DNA of 64,000 nt from Pristiophorus japonicus (taxonomy: Eukaryota): contig NC_091984.1 of assembly GCF_044704955.1 (NCBI RefSeq), positions 148,118,001 through 148,182,000 of the forward strand, read 5' to 3'. Made by a program: the position numbers and the translations under genes. Positions 1-13,390 of this stretch are shown in pieces (the first letter of the stretch is position 1; every line of letters begins with the position of its first letter). A model generated the notes under the pieces. It was given only the letters and a program-made list of their open reading frames with translations. It ran no database searches and was not told where the DNA came from.

Positions 1-672
1 ACATATCAAGAAAGACTGGATCAACTGGGCTTGTATTCACTGGAGTTCAGAAGAATGAGAGGGAATCTCATAGAAACGTTTAAAATTCTGATGGGTTTAG
101 ATAGGTTAGATGCAGGAAGAATGTTCCCAATGTTGGGGAAGTCCAGAACCAGAGGTCACAGTCTAAGGATAAGGGCTAAGCCATTTAGGACCGAGATGAG
201 GATAAACTTCTTCACCTAGAGAGTAGTGAACCTGTGGAATTCTCTACCACAGAAAGTTGTTGAGGCCAATTCACTAAATATATTCAAAAAGGAGTTAGAT
301 GTAGTCCTTACTATTAGGGGGATCAAGGCGTATGGCGAGAAAGCAGGAATGAGGTACTGAAGTTGCATGTTCAGCCATGAACTTATTGAACGCAGGCTCG
401 AAGGGCCGAATGGCCTACTCCTGCACCTATTTTCTATGTTTCTATGCTTGAACTGTACAAAACACTGTTTCGGCCACAGCAGGAGTACTGCGTGCAGTTC
501 TGGTCACCACATTACAGGAAAGATGTGATTGCACTGGAAAGGGTGCAGAGGTTACAGGGCTACGGACAAAGAGCTAGAAAGTGGGATGAGGCTGGATAGC
601 TCTTGATCAGCCGGTGCAGACACGGTGGGCTGAAACGGATTCCCTCCATGCTGTGAATTTCTATGATTCTAT
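1..672 (+). mobile_element. Two abutting CR1-type LINE 3' fragments
   Basis: ORF2 C-terminus (YSLEFRRMRGNLIETFKI...RTRGHSLRI) followed by 3' UTR and (TTCTATG)n-type tails near 432-446 and 658-672. Confidence 0.85.
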
Positions 673-784
673 CATGGATAGATGCATCTACAACAGGTAG
701 ATTGATGAGGACGAGGTCAAGTAGGTTTTTCCCTTGTGTTGGTTCTCTCCCCACCTGCTCTGGGCCCAGTCTGGCAGATATGTC

Positions 785-1665
785 ACAGAATCATAGAATC
801 ACAGAGGTTTACAGCACAGAAGGAGGCCATTTCAGACCATCATGTCCGCGCCGCCCAACAAAGAGCTACCCAGCCTAATCCAACTTTCCAGCTCTGGGTC
901 CATAGCCCTGCAGGTTACGGAACTTCAAGTGCACATCCAAGAACTTTTTAAATGTGGTGAGGGTTTCTGCCTCTACTAACGAAGGACCTAATATTCCAGG
1001 TCCTGACCTACATCCTGAAGGGTGGAAGATGCCTGTGCGTGGATTTTTTTTAACATGTGGTGACCGTTGCACACCAGCCTTCACACGGGCTCGACAGAGC
1101 TAGGTCTTGGTCCAGTGGCAAGGGTTAACCAGGACGACTGGAGACCTGCTCTGCTGTACGGACCGAGTGTGCACACATATCGCAGTGTGGGCTGGCCCGT
1201 GCTGCCCCTGGGCCCCTGGCCACACCCCCACGACCCTCTGGGTGAAGAAATTTCCCCTCAAGTCCCCTCTAATCCTCCCCTCAATTACTTTAAATCTATG
1301 CCCCCTGCTTGTTGAGCTGGAGGAAGAAATTCAGAAACTCCAATCCTGAGTTCAAGCACAGACCATTGCTTCCTTGAGTATGAATTGAAGCATAATTAAA
1401 GTTACATGCTCTGTTGAAGATTTTGTTCATGGGAATAAAACTTATTTTACTGTAGGAGAGAGCAATTTCAGATAATATTTTTGTGCCTGGCTAACAGAAA
1501 TAGGTCCATCCTACCAACTCTTTCCAGGCCCCTCATAATTTTATACACCGCAATCAGGTCTCCCATCAGCCTCCTCTGTCCAAAGAAAACAAACCCAGCC
1601 TATCCCATCGTTCCTCATAGTTAAAATTCTCCAGTCCAGGCAACATCCTCGTAAATCCTCTCTTT
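785..1665 (-). mobile_element. Fragmented CR1 3' end interrupted by other repeats
   Basis: Reverse-strand tail (agaatcatagaatc) and CR1 C-terminal peptides (VEAETLTTFKKFLDVHL); resumes at ~1228-1320 and ~1500-1665. Confidence 0.65.
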
Positions 1666-2194
1666 AACGTCTCGTCCGAAGAAATCATACTGTTAATGAA
1701 ACACTGAAGGCAAGAACTTTGAAATGGTGGGAATACTCAATGTATCAAGACAGGAACATTGTCAACATTGATTGTGACATCATGCACTCACAACCTCCCC
1801 ATAGTATGCACAATGTGAGCACCAGACCCGAGGACAGAACCCAAGGAGATGTGCCCAGCACCAATCCAGGACAATGATCAATGTAAAGCCAAAGCTGAAT
1901 GTTATCAGGGCTGCTTTGCCGATGATTGGCCCTGTGATCGCGGGCACCAGCAGCACACACACCTCTTGTGGGTACAGTCGTGTTGTGGTTATGTTGCTGC
2001 AGAGCACTCCACAGGCCTGCACTAATAATCCCCACAATCTCACCATGGCCCTTTGACTATTTCAATTCACCTCTTTTTTAAATGCTGGAAATAAAAAGCT
2101 GGTCTCAGTAAAAGTGACCACAAAGCTGTCAAATTGTCACAAAAGCCCAATTGGTTCAGTGACGTCCTTTAGGGAAGGAAACCTGCCGTCCTTG

Positions 2195-2630
2195 CCACAT
2201 AAAAGGTTACTGCCCAAGATAAGAGCTCACGCGGTTGGGGGTAATATATGAGCATGGATAGAGGATTGGCTAACTAACAGCAAACAGAGAGTCGGGATCA
2301 ATGGGTCATTTTCAGGTTGGCAAACAGTAACTAGTGGGATGCCGCAGGGATCAGTGCTGGGGCCTCAACTATTTACAACCTATATTAATGACTTGAATGA
2401 AGGGACCGAGTGTAATGTAACCAAATTTGCTGATGTACAAAGATAGGTGAGAAAGCAAGTTGTGAGGAAGACACAAAGATTCTGCAAATGGATATAGACA
2501 GGCTGAGTGAGTGGACAAAGATTTGGCAGATGGAGTATAATGATGGAAAATGTGAAGTTATCCACTTTGGTAGGAAAAATAAAAAAGATTATTATTTAAA
2601 TGGGGAGAGATTACAAAATGCTGTGGTACA
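2195..2630 (+). mobile_element. CR1 RT fragment
   Basis: SGMPQGSVLGPQLF, KFAD and WQMEYN..KCEVIHFG motifs. Confidence 0.85.
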
Positions 2631-2767
2631 GTTCATTGATGTCTTCCTGCAGTCTACAGCTTTCTTCTTCATTATCAACCATAGCCGATTTTAGTATCAT
2701 CTGCAAAATTAGTATAATCTGTAATCATACCCCCTACATTCAAGTCTAAATCATTGATATATACCAC

Positions 2768-4555
2768 AAAAAGCCAGGGACCCAGCACTGATCCCTGCCG
2801 AGCCCCACTGGAAACAGCTTGCCAGTCACAAAAACACCCATCAACCATTACCCTCTGCTTCCTGCCTGTGAACCAATTTTGGATCCAACTTGTCACTTTG
2901 CCCTGGATCCCATGAGCTTTTACTTTTGTGACCAGTCTGCCTTGTGGGAGCTTCTCAAAAGCCTTGTTAAAATCCAAATACACTGCATCATATGCACTGC
3001 CCTCACCGACCCTCCTGGTTATCTCCTCAAAAAATTCAATCAAGTTATTCAGACACGACCTTCCCTTAACAAATCCATGCTGACTGTCCTTGATTAATCC
3101 GTGTTTTGTTAAATGAAGACTCCTCCTATCCCGCCCCCGAGGTTAGGCTGACTGACCTGTAGTGACTCGATCTATCCCTTGCTCCCTTTTTAAACAAAGG
3201 TACCACGTTTGCAGTGCTCCAGTCCTCCGGTACCTGTGATTGCAATGTCAGCATTGCCCCTCTCGGCCAGCTCGGTCAGTAGTGGTGCTACCGAGACACT
3301 CTTGGTGATGGACAGTGAAGTCCCCCACCCAGAGAACACTCTGTGCCCTTGCTACTCTCAGTGCTTCTTCCAAGTGGTGTTCAACATGGAGGAGTACTGA
3401 TTCATCAGCTGGGGGAGGGCGGGAGGTGGTAATCAGCAGGAGGTTTCATTGCTCGTGTTTGACCTGATGCCATGAGACTTCATGGGGTCCGGAGTCAATG
3501 TTGAGGACTCCCAGGGCTACTCCCTCCCGACTGTATACCACTGAGCTGCCACCTCGGGTGATGGAGGAGTCTGGGACATTGGCTGAAAGGTCTGATTCTG
3601 TGAGTAGGACTATGTCAGGCTGGTGCTTGACTAGTCTGTGGGGCAGCTCTCCCACTTTTGGCACAAGTCCCCACTTTTGGTGAGGAGAACGTTGCAGGGT
3701 CAGCACTGAGCCTGGGTCCGCTGTCCTAGGCGGTCCGAGCTGCTGTTATTCTGCCTGATTGGACGGTTATTATTAGAGACTCAGACCACAGCACAAATCC
3801 CCCGTGCAAAAAATAACTGAAGAGACTGTCAGATCGGAAGAATGAAACTTCACCCACAGAGGAAGTGAAAGAGGGAGGTTGTCACAGCTGTATGTTTATT
3901 AATGACACAGGAGAAAACTGTGAACCACGCTCACAGACTCGAATCTTACAGCACAGAAGGAGGCCATTCGGCCCATCGTGCCTGTGCCGGCTCTTTGACA
4001 GAATTACCCAATTAGTCCCCCCCCCCCCTCTCTTTCCCCGTAACCCAGCAAATTGATCCTTTTCAAGTATATATCCAATTCCCTCTTGCAGACCTGGGCC
4101 CACAGTATTAGACTGCCCCTAACCTGGGCACAACATTGGCATCTCATTCATTCACTGGGACAGGAAATGCCTGGTGTGGGAAATGGAGCCCAGAGCTCTG
4201 AACATTCCCCCTCCTCTCCTGAGGAAGGATTCATGCTGGGGTCCAGTTCCATGGGCCCCGACAGCACGTTCCGACCTCACCCACTTCCCCATTCCATGTG
4301 TGTAAGCCTGGACCCTCTCAGCAGGATATCCGACTGCAGGAGGCCTCACCACTGTGTCCAGCACTGTCCTCACCCGAAATCCACACACAGCCTACATTGA
4401 TCTGGGGCCTTTAACGTGCCAAAGGTCTCAAGACACTTCACATCGCTGCTGTAAGAACGGGGGGAGAGGGGGTTGTGGGGGCTTTTGGAAGGGTGATTGA
4501 AGGCTTGGGTGAAAGGATGGTGTTTGATGGAGGAGAGAGAGCTGGAGAGGGGGCG
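2768..4555 (+). repeat. Segmental duplication module, copy A (antisense LINE RT/endonuclease fragments + unique DNA)
   Basis: Same order of pieces and same chimeric junctions as 55849-57087 + 58716-59232; partial inverted copy at ~45645-46368. Confidence 0.9.
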
Positions 4556-4559
4556 CAAT

Positions 4560-7500
4560 TAGAACATAAGAAATAGGAGCAGGAGTAGACCATATGGCCC
4601 CTCGAGCCTGCTCTGCCATTTAATATGATCATGGCTGATCCGATCATGGACTCAGCTCCACTTCCCTGCTTGCTCTCCATAACCCCTTATTCCCTTGTCG
4701 GTTAAGAAACTGTTTATTTCTGTCTTAAACTTATTCAATGACCCATCTTCCACAGCTCTCTAAGGCAGCGAATTCCACAGATTTACAACCCTCAGAGAAG
4801 AAATTCCTCCACATTTCAGTTTTAAATGGGCGGCCCCTTATTTTAAGATTATGCCCCAGAGTTCTTGTCTCCCATATCAGTGGAAACAGCCTCTCTGTAT
4901 CCACCTTGTCAAGCCCCCTCATAATCTTACATGTTTCGATAAGATCACCTTTCATTCTTCTGATTTCCATTCAGTATAGGCCCAACCTACTCAACCTTTC
5001 CTCATAAATCAATACCCTCATCTACAGAATCAACCTAGTGAACCTTCTCTGAACTGCCTCCAAAGCAAGTATATCCTTTCTTAAATATGGAAACTAAAAC
5101 TGCACGCAGTATTCCAGTTGTGGCTTCACCAATACCCTGGATAACTGTAGCAAACACTTCCTTGCATTTATACTCCATCCCCTTTGCAATAAAGGCCAAG
5201 ATTGCATTAGCCTTCCTGATCACTTGCTGAACCTGCATAATAACCTTTTGTATTTCATGCACCAGGACCCCCAGTTCCCGCTGTACTGCAACACTTTGTT
5301 ATTTTTCTCCATTTAAATAATAACTTGCTCTTTGATTTTTTTCTGAAAGTTTATAACCTCACTGTTTCCAACATTATACTCCATCTGCCAAATTTTTGCC
5401 CATTCACTTAGCCTGTCTATGTCCTTTTGCAGGTTTTTTGTGTCCTCCTCATACCTTGTTTTTACTCCTATCTTTGTATTGTCAGCAAACATGTCTACAT
5501 TACACTCGGTCCCTTCATCCAAGTCGTTAATATAGATTATAAATAATTGGGGCCCCAGCACTGATTCCTGCGGCACCCCATTAGTGACTGATTGCCAACC
5601 CGAGAATGAACCATTTATCACGATTCTGTTTTCTGTTAGTTAACCAATCCTCTATCCATGTTTATATATTACCCCAACTCCGTGAACTTTTATCTTGTGC
5701 ATTTAATGTGGTACCTTATCAAATGCCTTCTGGAAATCCAAATAAATCACATCCACTGGTTCCCCTTTATCCACCCTGCTTATTACATCCTCAAAGAATT
5801 CCAGAAAATTTGTCAAACATGACTTCCCCTTCATAAATCCATTCTGACATTGCCTGACTGAATTATGTTTTTCCAAATGTCCTGCTACTGTTTCTTTAAT
5901 AATGGACTACAACATTTTCCCAACAACAGATGTTAGGCTAACTGCTCTATAAGAACATAAGAATTAGGAACAGGAGTAGGCCATCTAGCCCCTCGAGCCT
6001 GCTCCGCCATTCAACAAGATCACGGCTGATCTGGCCGTGGACTCAGCTCCATTTACCCGCCCACTCCCCGTAACCCTTAATTCCCTTATTGGTTAAAAAT
6101 CTATCTATCTGTGATTTGAATACATTCAATGAGCAAGGCTCAACTGCTTCCTTGGGCAGAGAATTCCATAGATTCACAACCCTCTGGGAGAAGAAATTCC
6201 TTCTCAACTCAATTTTAAATTGGCTCCCCGTATTTTGAGGCTGTGCCCCCTAGTTCTAGTCTCCCCGACCAGTGGAAACAACGTCTCTGCCTCAATCTTG
6301 TCTATCCCTTTCATTATTTAAAATGTTTCTATAAGATCACCCCTCATCCTTCTGAACTCCAACAAGTAAATACCGAGTCTACCCAATCTATCATCATAAG
6401 GTAACCCCCTCATCTCCGGAATCAGCCTAGTGAATCGTCTCTGTACCCCTCCAAAGCTAATGTATCCTTCCTTAAGAAAGGTGACCAAAACTGCACGCAG
6501 TACTCCAGGTGCGGCCTCACCAATACCCTATACAGTTGCAGCAGGACCTCCCTGCTTTTGTACTCCATCCCTCTCGCAATGAAGGCCAACATTCCATTCG
6601 CCTTCCTGATTACCTGCTGCACCTACAAACTAACTTTTTGGGATTCATGCACAACGACCCCCAGGTCCCTCTGCACCGCAGCATGTTGTAATTTCTCCCC
6701 ATTCAAATAATATTCCCTTTTACTGTTTTTTTTCCCCCAAGGTGGATGACCTCACATTTTCCAACATTGTATTCCATCTGCCAAACCTTAGCCCATTCGC
6801 TTAACCTATCTAAATCTCTTTGCAGCCTCTCTGTGTCCTCTACACAACCTGCTTTCCCACTAATCTTTGTGTCATCTGCAAATTTTGTTACACTACACTC
6901 TGTCCCCTCTTCCAGGTCATCTATGTATACTGTAAACAGTTGTGGCCCCAGCACCGATCCCTGTGGCACACCACTAACCACCGATTTCCAACCCGAAAAG
7001 GACCCATTTATCCCGACTCTCTGCTTTCTGTTAGCTAGCCAATTCTCTATCCATGCTAATACATTTCCTCTGACTCCACGTACCTTTATCTTCTGCAGTA
7101 ACCTTTTGTGTGGCACCTTATTGAATGCCTTTTGGAAATCTAAATACACCACATCCATCGGTACACCTTTATCTACCATGCTCATTATATCCTCAAAGAA
7201 TTCCAGTAAATTAGTTAAACATGATTTCCCCTTCATCAATCCATGTTGCATCTGCTTGATTGCACTATTCCTATCTAGATGTCCCGCTAGTTCTTCCTTA
7301 ATGATAGCTTCAAGCCTTTTCCCCACTACAGATGTTAAACTAACCGGCCTATAGTTACCCACCTTTTGACTGCCCCCTTTTTTTAAACAGAGGCGTTACA
7401 TTAGCTGCTTTCCAATCCTCTGGTACCTCCCCAGAGTCCAGAGAATTTTGGTAGATTGTAACAAATGCATCTGCTATAACTTCCGCCATCTCTTTTAATA

Positions 7501-10360
7501 CCCGAGGATGCATTTCATCAGGACCAGGGGACGTGTCTCCCTCGAGTCCCATTAGCCTGTCCAGCACTACCCCACTAGTAATAGTGATTATCGCAAGGTC
7601 CTCCCTTCCCATATTCCCGTGACCAGCAATTTTTGGCATGGTTTTTGTGTCTTCCACTGTGAAAACCGAAGCAAAATAATTGTTTAAGGTCTCAGCCATT
7701 TCCACATTTCCCATTATTAAATTCCCCTTCTCATCTTCTGAGGGACCAACATTTACTTGAATTACTCTTTTCCGTTTTATATATCGGTAAAAGCTTTTAC
7801 TATCTGTTTTTATGTTTTGCGCAAATTTACTTTCATAATCTATCTTTCCTTTCTTTATTGCTTTCTTACTCATTCTTTGCTGTCATTTAAAATTTTCCCA
7901 ATCTGCTAGTTTCCCACTAACCTTGGCCACCTTATACGCATTGGTTTTTAATTTGATACTCTTCTTTATTTCCTTGGTTATCCACGGCTGCTTATCCCTT
8001 CTCTTACCGCCCTTCTTTTTCACTGGAATATATTTTTGTTGAGCACTATGAAAGAGCTCCTTAAAAGTCCTCCACTATTCCTCAATTGTGCCACCGTTTA
8101 GTCTGTGTTTAAAGTCTATTTTAGCCAACTCTGCCCTCATCCCACTAGTCCCCTTTGTTTAAGCATAGTACGCTTGTTTGAGACACTACTTCCTCACCCT
8201 CAATCTGTATTACAAATTCAACCATACTATGATCACTCATTCCGAGAGGATCTTTTACTCGGAGATCGTTTATTATTCCTGTCTCATTACACAGGACCAG
8301 ATCTAAGATAGCTTGATCCCTTGTAGGTTCTGTAACATACTGTTCTAAGAAACAATCCCGGATACATTCTATGAATTCCTCCTCAAGGCTACCCCGTACG
8401 ATTTGGTTTGACCAATCGATATTTAGGTTAAAATCCCCCATGATTACTGCCGTTCCTTTTTCACATGCCTCCATTATTCCCTTGATTATTGCCCGCCCTA
8501 CCGTGAAGTTATTATTTGGGGGCCTATAAACTACGCCCAACAGTGACTTTTTCCCCTTACTATCTCTAATCTCCACCCACAATGATTCAACATTTTGTTC
8601 ATTAGAGCCAATATCGTCTCTCACAACTGCCCTGATATCATCCTTTATTAACAGAGCTACCAGACCTCCTTTCCCTTCTTGTCTATCTTTCCGAATTGTC
8701 AGATACCCCTGTATGTTTAATTCCCAGTCTTGGCCCCCCTGCAACCACGTTTCTGTAATGGCCACCAAATCATACCCATTTGTTCCGTCAACTCATTTAC
8801 TTTATTTCGAATGCTGCGTGTGTTTAGGTAGAGTGTTTTAACATTAGTTTTTAAACCATGATTTTTAGTTTTGACCCCTCCTGCAGCCTCTTTATATTCA
8901 TACATATTGTCCCTTCCTGTCACCTTGTGGTTTACACTTACCCCGGTGCTACTCTGCTCTGTTGCCTCCTGCCTTTTGCATTCTTTCTTGGGGTCCTGTT
9001 CATCTGAGCTCTCACCCACTCTAACTAGCTCAGAGCCCTCTCCTGGGTTCCGAATACTCCTTGCATTGAGGCACCGAGCTTTCATGCTTGCCTTTTTATT
9101 GAATTTTGACCCTTTAGAATTTTGCTGTACAGTGGTCCTTTTTGTTTTTTGCCTTGGGTTTCTCTGCCCTCCACTTTTACTCATCTCCTTTCTGTCTTTT
9201 GCTTTTGTCTCCATTTTGTTTCCCTCTGTCTCCCTGCATTGGTTCCCATACCTCTGCCATTGTTTCCTGCTTTTTGTCTGCATCTTTTTTTAATATGGGC
9301 ATTACATTTGCAGTTTTCCAATCTGCTGGGATCTCCCCAGAATCCAGGGAATTTCGGTAAATTACAACCAATGCATCCACTATCCCTGCCGTTACTTCTC
9401 TTAAGACCCTAGAATGTAAGCCATCAGGTCCAGTGGATTTATCCGCCTTTAGTCCCATTATCTTACTGAGAACCACCTCCTCAGTGATTGTGATTGTGTG
9501 AAGTTCCTCTCCCCCCCCCATAGACCCCTGACTATGCACTGTTGGGATATTTTTAGTGTCCTCTACTGTGAAGATTGCTACAAAATATTTGCTCAGTGTT
9601 TCTGCCATCTCCATGTTCCCCATGTTCCCCATGACTAATTCCCCGGTCTCGTCCTCTCAGGGACCAACATTTATTTTTGCCGCTCTTTTCCTTTTTATAT
9701 ACCTGTAGAAACTCTTGCTATCTGTTTTTATATTTTATACTAGTTTACTTTCATCTTCCCTTTCTTAATCTTTTTTTAGTCATTCTTTGCTGGATTTTAA
9801 AAGCTTCTCAGTCTTCTGTCCTCCCACTAGTTTTGGCCACCTTGTATGCCCTTGTTTTTAAATTGGATACCGTCCTTTATTTCTTTAGTTAGCCACGGAT
9901 GGCTATCTTTTCTTTTGCACCCTTTCCTCCTCACTGGAATATATTTTTCTTGAGAGTTGTGAAATATCTCCTTAAATGTACGTCACTGTTCATTAACCGT
10001 CCTACATTTTAATCTATTTTCCCAGTCCACTTTAGCCAACTCTGCCCTCATACCTTTGTAGTCTCCTTTATTTAATCTTAGTATACTAGTTTGAGATTCA
10101 ACTTTCTCGCCCTCCATCTAAATTTGAAAATTCAACCATGATATGTTCACTCATTCCAAGGAAATCGTTTACTGGGAGATTGTTATTAATCCTGTCTCAT
10201 TGCACAAGACCAGATCTAAGATAGCCTGCCCCCGGTTGGTTTCGTTACATACTGTACAAGGAACCTGTCCCTTATGCACTCTATCAACTCTTCTTCAAGG
10301 CTACCCTGACCAATTTGATTTGTCCAATCAATGTGCAGGTTAAAATCACCCATTACCAAT
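4560..10360 (-). mobile_element. Older CR1 ORF2 (4560-5950 and 9260-10360) split by a younger CR1
   Basis: 3' tail at 4561. Sequence at 5940-5950 (ttaggctaactgctctat) continues at ~9260 (gtttcctgctttttgtctgc), the normal CR1 NYRPVSL region. Confidence 0.8.
5951..9259 (-). mobile_element. Near full-length-ORF2 CR1 LINE (APE endonuclease + RT), frameshifted
   Basis: ORFs 8145-8768 (AITETW, GVVYRPP, MGDFN, SDH), 7355-7873, 6703-7362 (YLDFQKAF, PQGSVLGP, FADD), 6422-6622; tail aagaacataagaa at 5951. Confidence 0.95.
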
Positions 10361-10609
10361 CATACCATGAGAACTTCCAGCGCGAGCTGCTCCAGTGAGC
10401 GATGGCTTCGAGGTGGGTGATTGGGTGATGTCATCAGGACCCAGGTCGCTGTTTGGAGCGTGGGCAGAAACATCGGCGGACCCAGGTAAAGCAGAAGGGA
10501 GTGGGAAGGTCGCGGGGAGGTGGTGAGTGATCGAGGTGGAGGAGCGATGAGGGATCGTGGCTGAGATTTGGTTGGTGATCGTGGCGGAAGTCTGGCAAAT
10601 GTTTGGTGC

Positions 10610-11044
10610 GGAGGGGGAGGGAGGGGGGGAAGGGGGGAAGGGGGAGGGGGGGAAGGGGAAGGGGGAGGGGGGGAAGGGGGAGGGGGAGGGGGGGGGAGAA
10701 GGGGAGGGGAGGAGAAGGGGGAGGGGGGGAGACGGGGGAGGGGGGGAGACGGGGGAGGGGGGGCGGGGAGTGGGGGGGGTGGGGAGGGGGCGGGGAGGGG
10801 GAGGGGGGAGGGGCGGGAAGGGGGAAGGGCGGGAAGGAGAAGTGGGAGGGGGGAAGTGGGAGGGGGGAGGGGAGGCGAGGGGAGGGGGGAGGGGGAGAGA
10901 GGGGAAGGGAGAGAGAGCAGGGGAAGAGAGGGAGGGGGAGGGGAGGGAGAGAGAGGGGGGAGGGGAGGGAGAGAGAGGGGGAGGGGGAGGGAGAGAGAGG
11001 GGGGAGGGGAGGGAGAGAGAGGGGGGAGGGGAGGGAGAGAGAGG
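10610..11044 (+). repeat. Polypurine (G/A) low-complexity tract
   Basis: ~435 bp of almost only G and A with many G4-7 runs, ending at an assembly gap. Confidence 0.95.
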
Positions 11045-11244
11045 NNNNNNNNNNNNNNNNNNNNNNNNNNNNNNNNNNNNNNNNNNNNNNNNNNNNNNNN
11101 NNNNNNNNNNNNNNNNNNNNNNNNNNNNNNNNNNNNNNNNNNNNNNNNNNNNNNNNNNNNNNNNNNNNNNNNNNNNNNNNNNNNNNNNNNNNNNNNNNNN
11201 NNNNNNNNNNNNNNNNNNNNNNNNNNNNNNNNNNNNNNNNNNNN
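11045..11244. other. Assembly gap (200 N)
   Basis: Run of N. Confidence 1.
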
Positions 11245-11375
11245 TCTGACAGTGCAGCGGTCCCTCATTTCTGCCCCTCTGACAGTGCAGCTCTCCCTCA
11301 GTCCTGCCCCTCTAACAGTGCAGCACTCCCTCAGTTCTGCCCCTCTGACAGTGCAACACTCCCTCAGGACTGCAC
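11245..11375 (+). repeat. 33-bp minisatellite derived from a SINE core
   Basis: About 4 copies of tctgacagtgcagcactccctcagttctgcccc at 11245, 11278, 11311, 11344; the same motif occurs once in the SINEs at 13253 and 29113. Confidence 0.9.
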
Positions 11376-12789
11376 AGTAGTGTATGGCTTTATTTTGCAC
11401 TCAGGTCCCTGGAGTGGGGCTTGAACCCACGATACAACATTGCATCACTGGATGCCGCACAGCCTGAGCTGTGAGTCATATCCCGACCTCAGTTGGAACA
11501 GCTAACTCAGAACAAACAACAACAGCAACTTTTATACAACACCTTTAACACAGTAAAACTCCCCGAGTGCTTCACAGGAGTGTTACAAAATAAAGATTGA
11601 CAGCGAACCACGTAAGGAGACATTGAAAATTGCAGCTCAAATTGTGAGTGAAATTGGCAGTGCTGTCTTCATACCAAAAGGGGGCGATGTTGGTTCTGAA
11701 AAGACCAAATTTTTGGACAATTTCTGTGTCACTCAATTGATTGGTTTGTAAAACCCGTTTGTACCAAACCTCCAGTCAGGTTTGCAGAATCATTTCCAGT
11801 TCCCCACGTGTCATTTGATGATGGATCTCAGCGTGTATCTCCTTGTCCGCTCGTGAGGCGGTGTCTCAGACCGATTGGTGGGTCAGCAGCCACTCCGCAC
11901 TGCAGCGATCATCAGCAGGCCTTTCCACTGTGGGAGGCCTCACCGCGGAGCTCGGTGCACGGGGTATATCCACACAGAGACGCTCTGCCGCCAGGTACAG
12001 CAGCAACAACCCGCATTGCTACAGCAACTGGAACATTAGAACAACATCCCGAGGCAGCTGACAGAGGCGTAATCTGGTCAAAGTGGTGCTGAGCCAAAGG
12101 GGGAGGAGCTGGGAGGGTGATTAAAACCCTCAGTCACAGATTGGGTTTGAAGGGAGGTCTTAAAAGAGGAGAGGGGTGGAGTGGCAGAGAGGTTTAGGGA
12201 GCAGGGAGTTAGGGCCCAGGCAGCTGAAGGCACGGCCCCCAATGGAGAGGGAAGGGAAGGGGGGATGGATAAGAAGCCTGAGCCAGATACAGCGGCCCTG
12301 AACACAACAACAACTTGCATTTATATAGCGAGTGTTGTGACAATGACAGACAGTGAGAATATAACCCTGATAATGTAACACAGTATTTGCAGCACTTGAC
12401 ACTGTGGGGAAAGCTTGTAATTTTAAATCCATGAGCTGTACATAAGCGAGAGCAGGACCTGTTTGTGGCCGGTGCGGAGATCACCACTTACAGAAGGTAG
12501 TTACTGTAGGGAATTCAGGGCCACAGTGACCTCCTGGACTAGTTTCCATCGCCTGGGGGGAGAGCGGGGGTGGTTGGAGAGGAGTTTCCCAGATTTATTT
12601 CCCCCAATGGGTTTTTTCCCTGGTTTTTCGCCTCTCCCAGGAGATCAGGTAGTTTTGGGTGGGGTGGAGAGTCTATACTGTGATACACAAGGTATCACAA
12701 TTGTGTGGGACGGGCTGGATGGACCACAGGGTCTTTACCTGTCAGTCACTGTCCGCGGGTTTGGGTTTCAAAGACGTGGAGCTCAATTG

Positions 12790-13390
12790 GAAAGAAAGAC
12801 TTGCATTTATATAGCGCCTTTCACCACCTCAGGACGTCCCAAAGCGCTTTACAGCCAATGAAGTACTTTAGTCACTGCGGCAATGGAGGAGACACGACAG
12901 ACAGCAAGCCCCCACATGTGACTATGACCAGATAATGGGCCCAAATTGCGTATCGTCCCGAGTGGGGTGGTAACTTTTCCCACGCCCAAGTGCCGCCACG
13001 GATGCGAAATTGGGATCACGGCCCCTGACAGGAAGTGGAGCGCAATGTGGCACGCTGCACTTCCCCTGGGGGTGGGCTTGGGGGGGCGAGTGTCCGACTG
13101 CATAATCTGTTCTTTTGTGATGTTGGTTGAGGGATCAATATTGGCCGGGACACCGCTGAGAACTCCTCTGCTCTTCTTAAAAATAGTGGCACAGGATAGT
13201 TAATGTCCACCTGAGAGGGCAGACAAGCCTCTTTCCTGAAAAACAACCCCTTCCGACAGTGCGGCTCTCCCTCAGTACTGCACTGGGACTGTCAGTCTAG
13301 ATTTCGGAGCTTAGTCTCAGGGATGGGACTTAGAACCCACAACCTTTGGTCTCAGAGGTGAGTGTGCTGCCCATTAAGCCACAGCTGACT
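12790..13390 (-). mobile_element. tRNA-derived Deu-type SINE (SacSINE1-like), with an internal insertion at ~12937-13100
   Basis: Minus strand starts GTCAGCTGTGGCTTAATGGGCAGCAC...GGTTCTAAGTCC (A/B boxes) and ends in an L2-like tail GGCGCTATATAAATGCAAGTC. Confidence 0.75.

Noticed and set aside
1690-2056. Short ORFs in apparently non-CR1 sequence
   Set aside because: No recognisable domain or exon structure; left unassigned.
4053-4400. 115-aa ORF in the duplicated module
   Set aside because: The paralog at 58720-59082 has a stop and an indel in its 5' part; no domain similarity.
6746-7354. 202-aa ORFs antisense to CR1 RT (also 48082-48690)
   Set aside because: Shadow ORFs of the LINE RT frame, repeated only because the LINE is repeated.
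10360-11424. Long Pro-rich and Gly/Arg/Glu-rich ORFs
   Set aside because: Artefacts of the G/A tract and of reading through N.
11800-12095. GC-richer segment with several short ORFs
   Set aside because: No Ig or other motif in any frame that I could identify.
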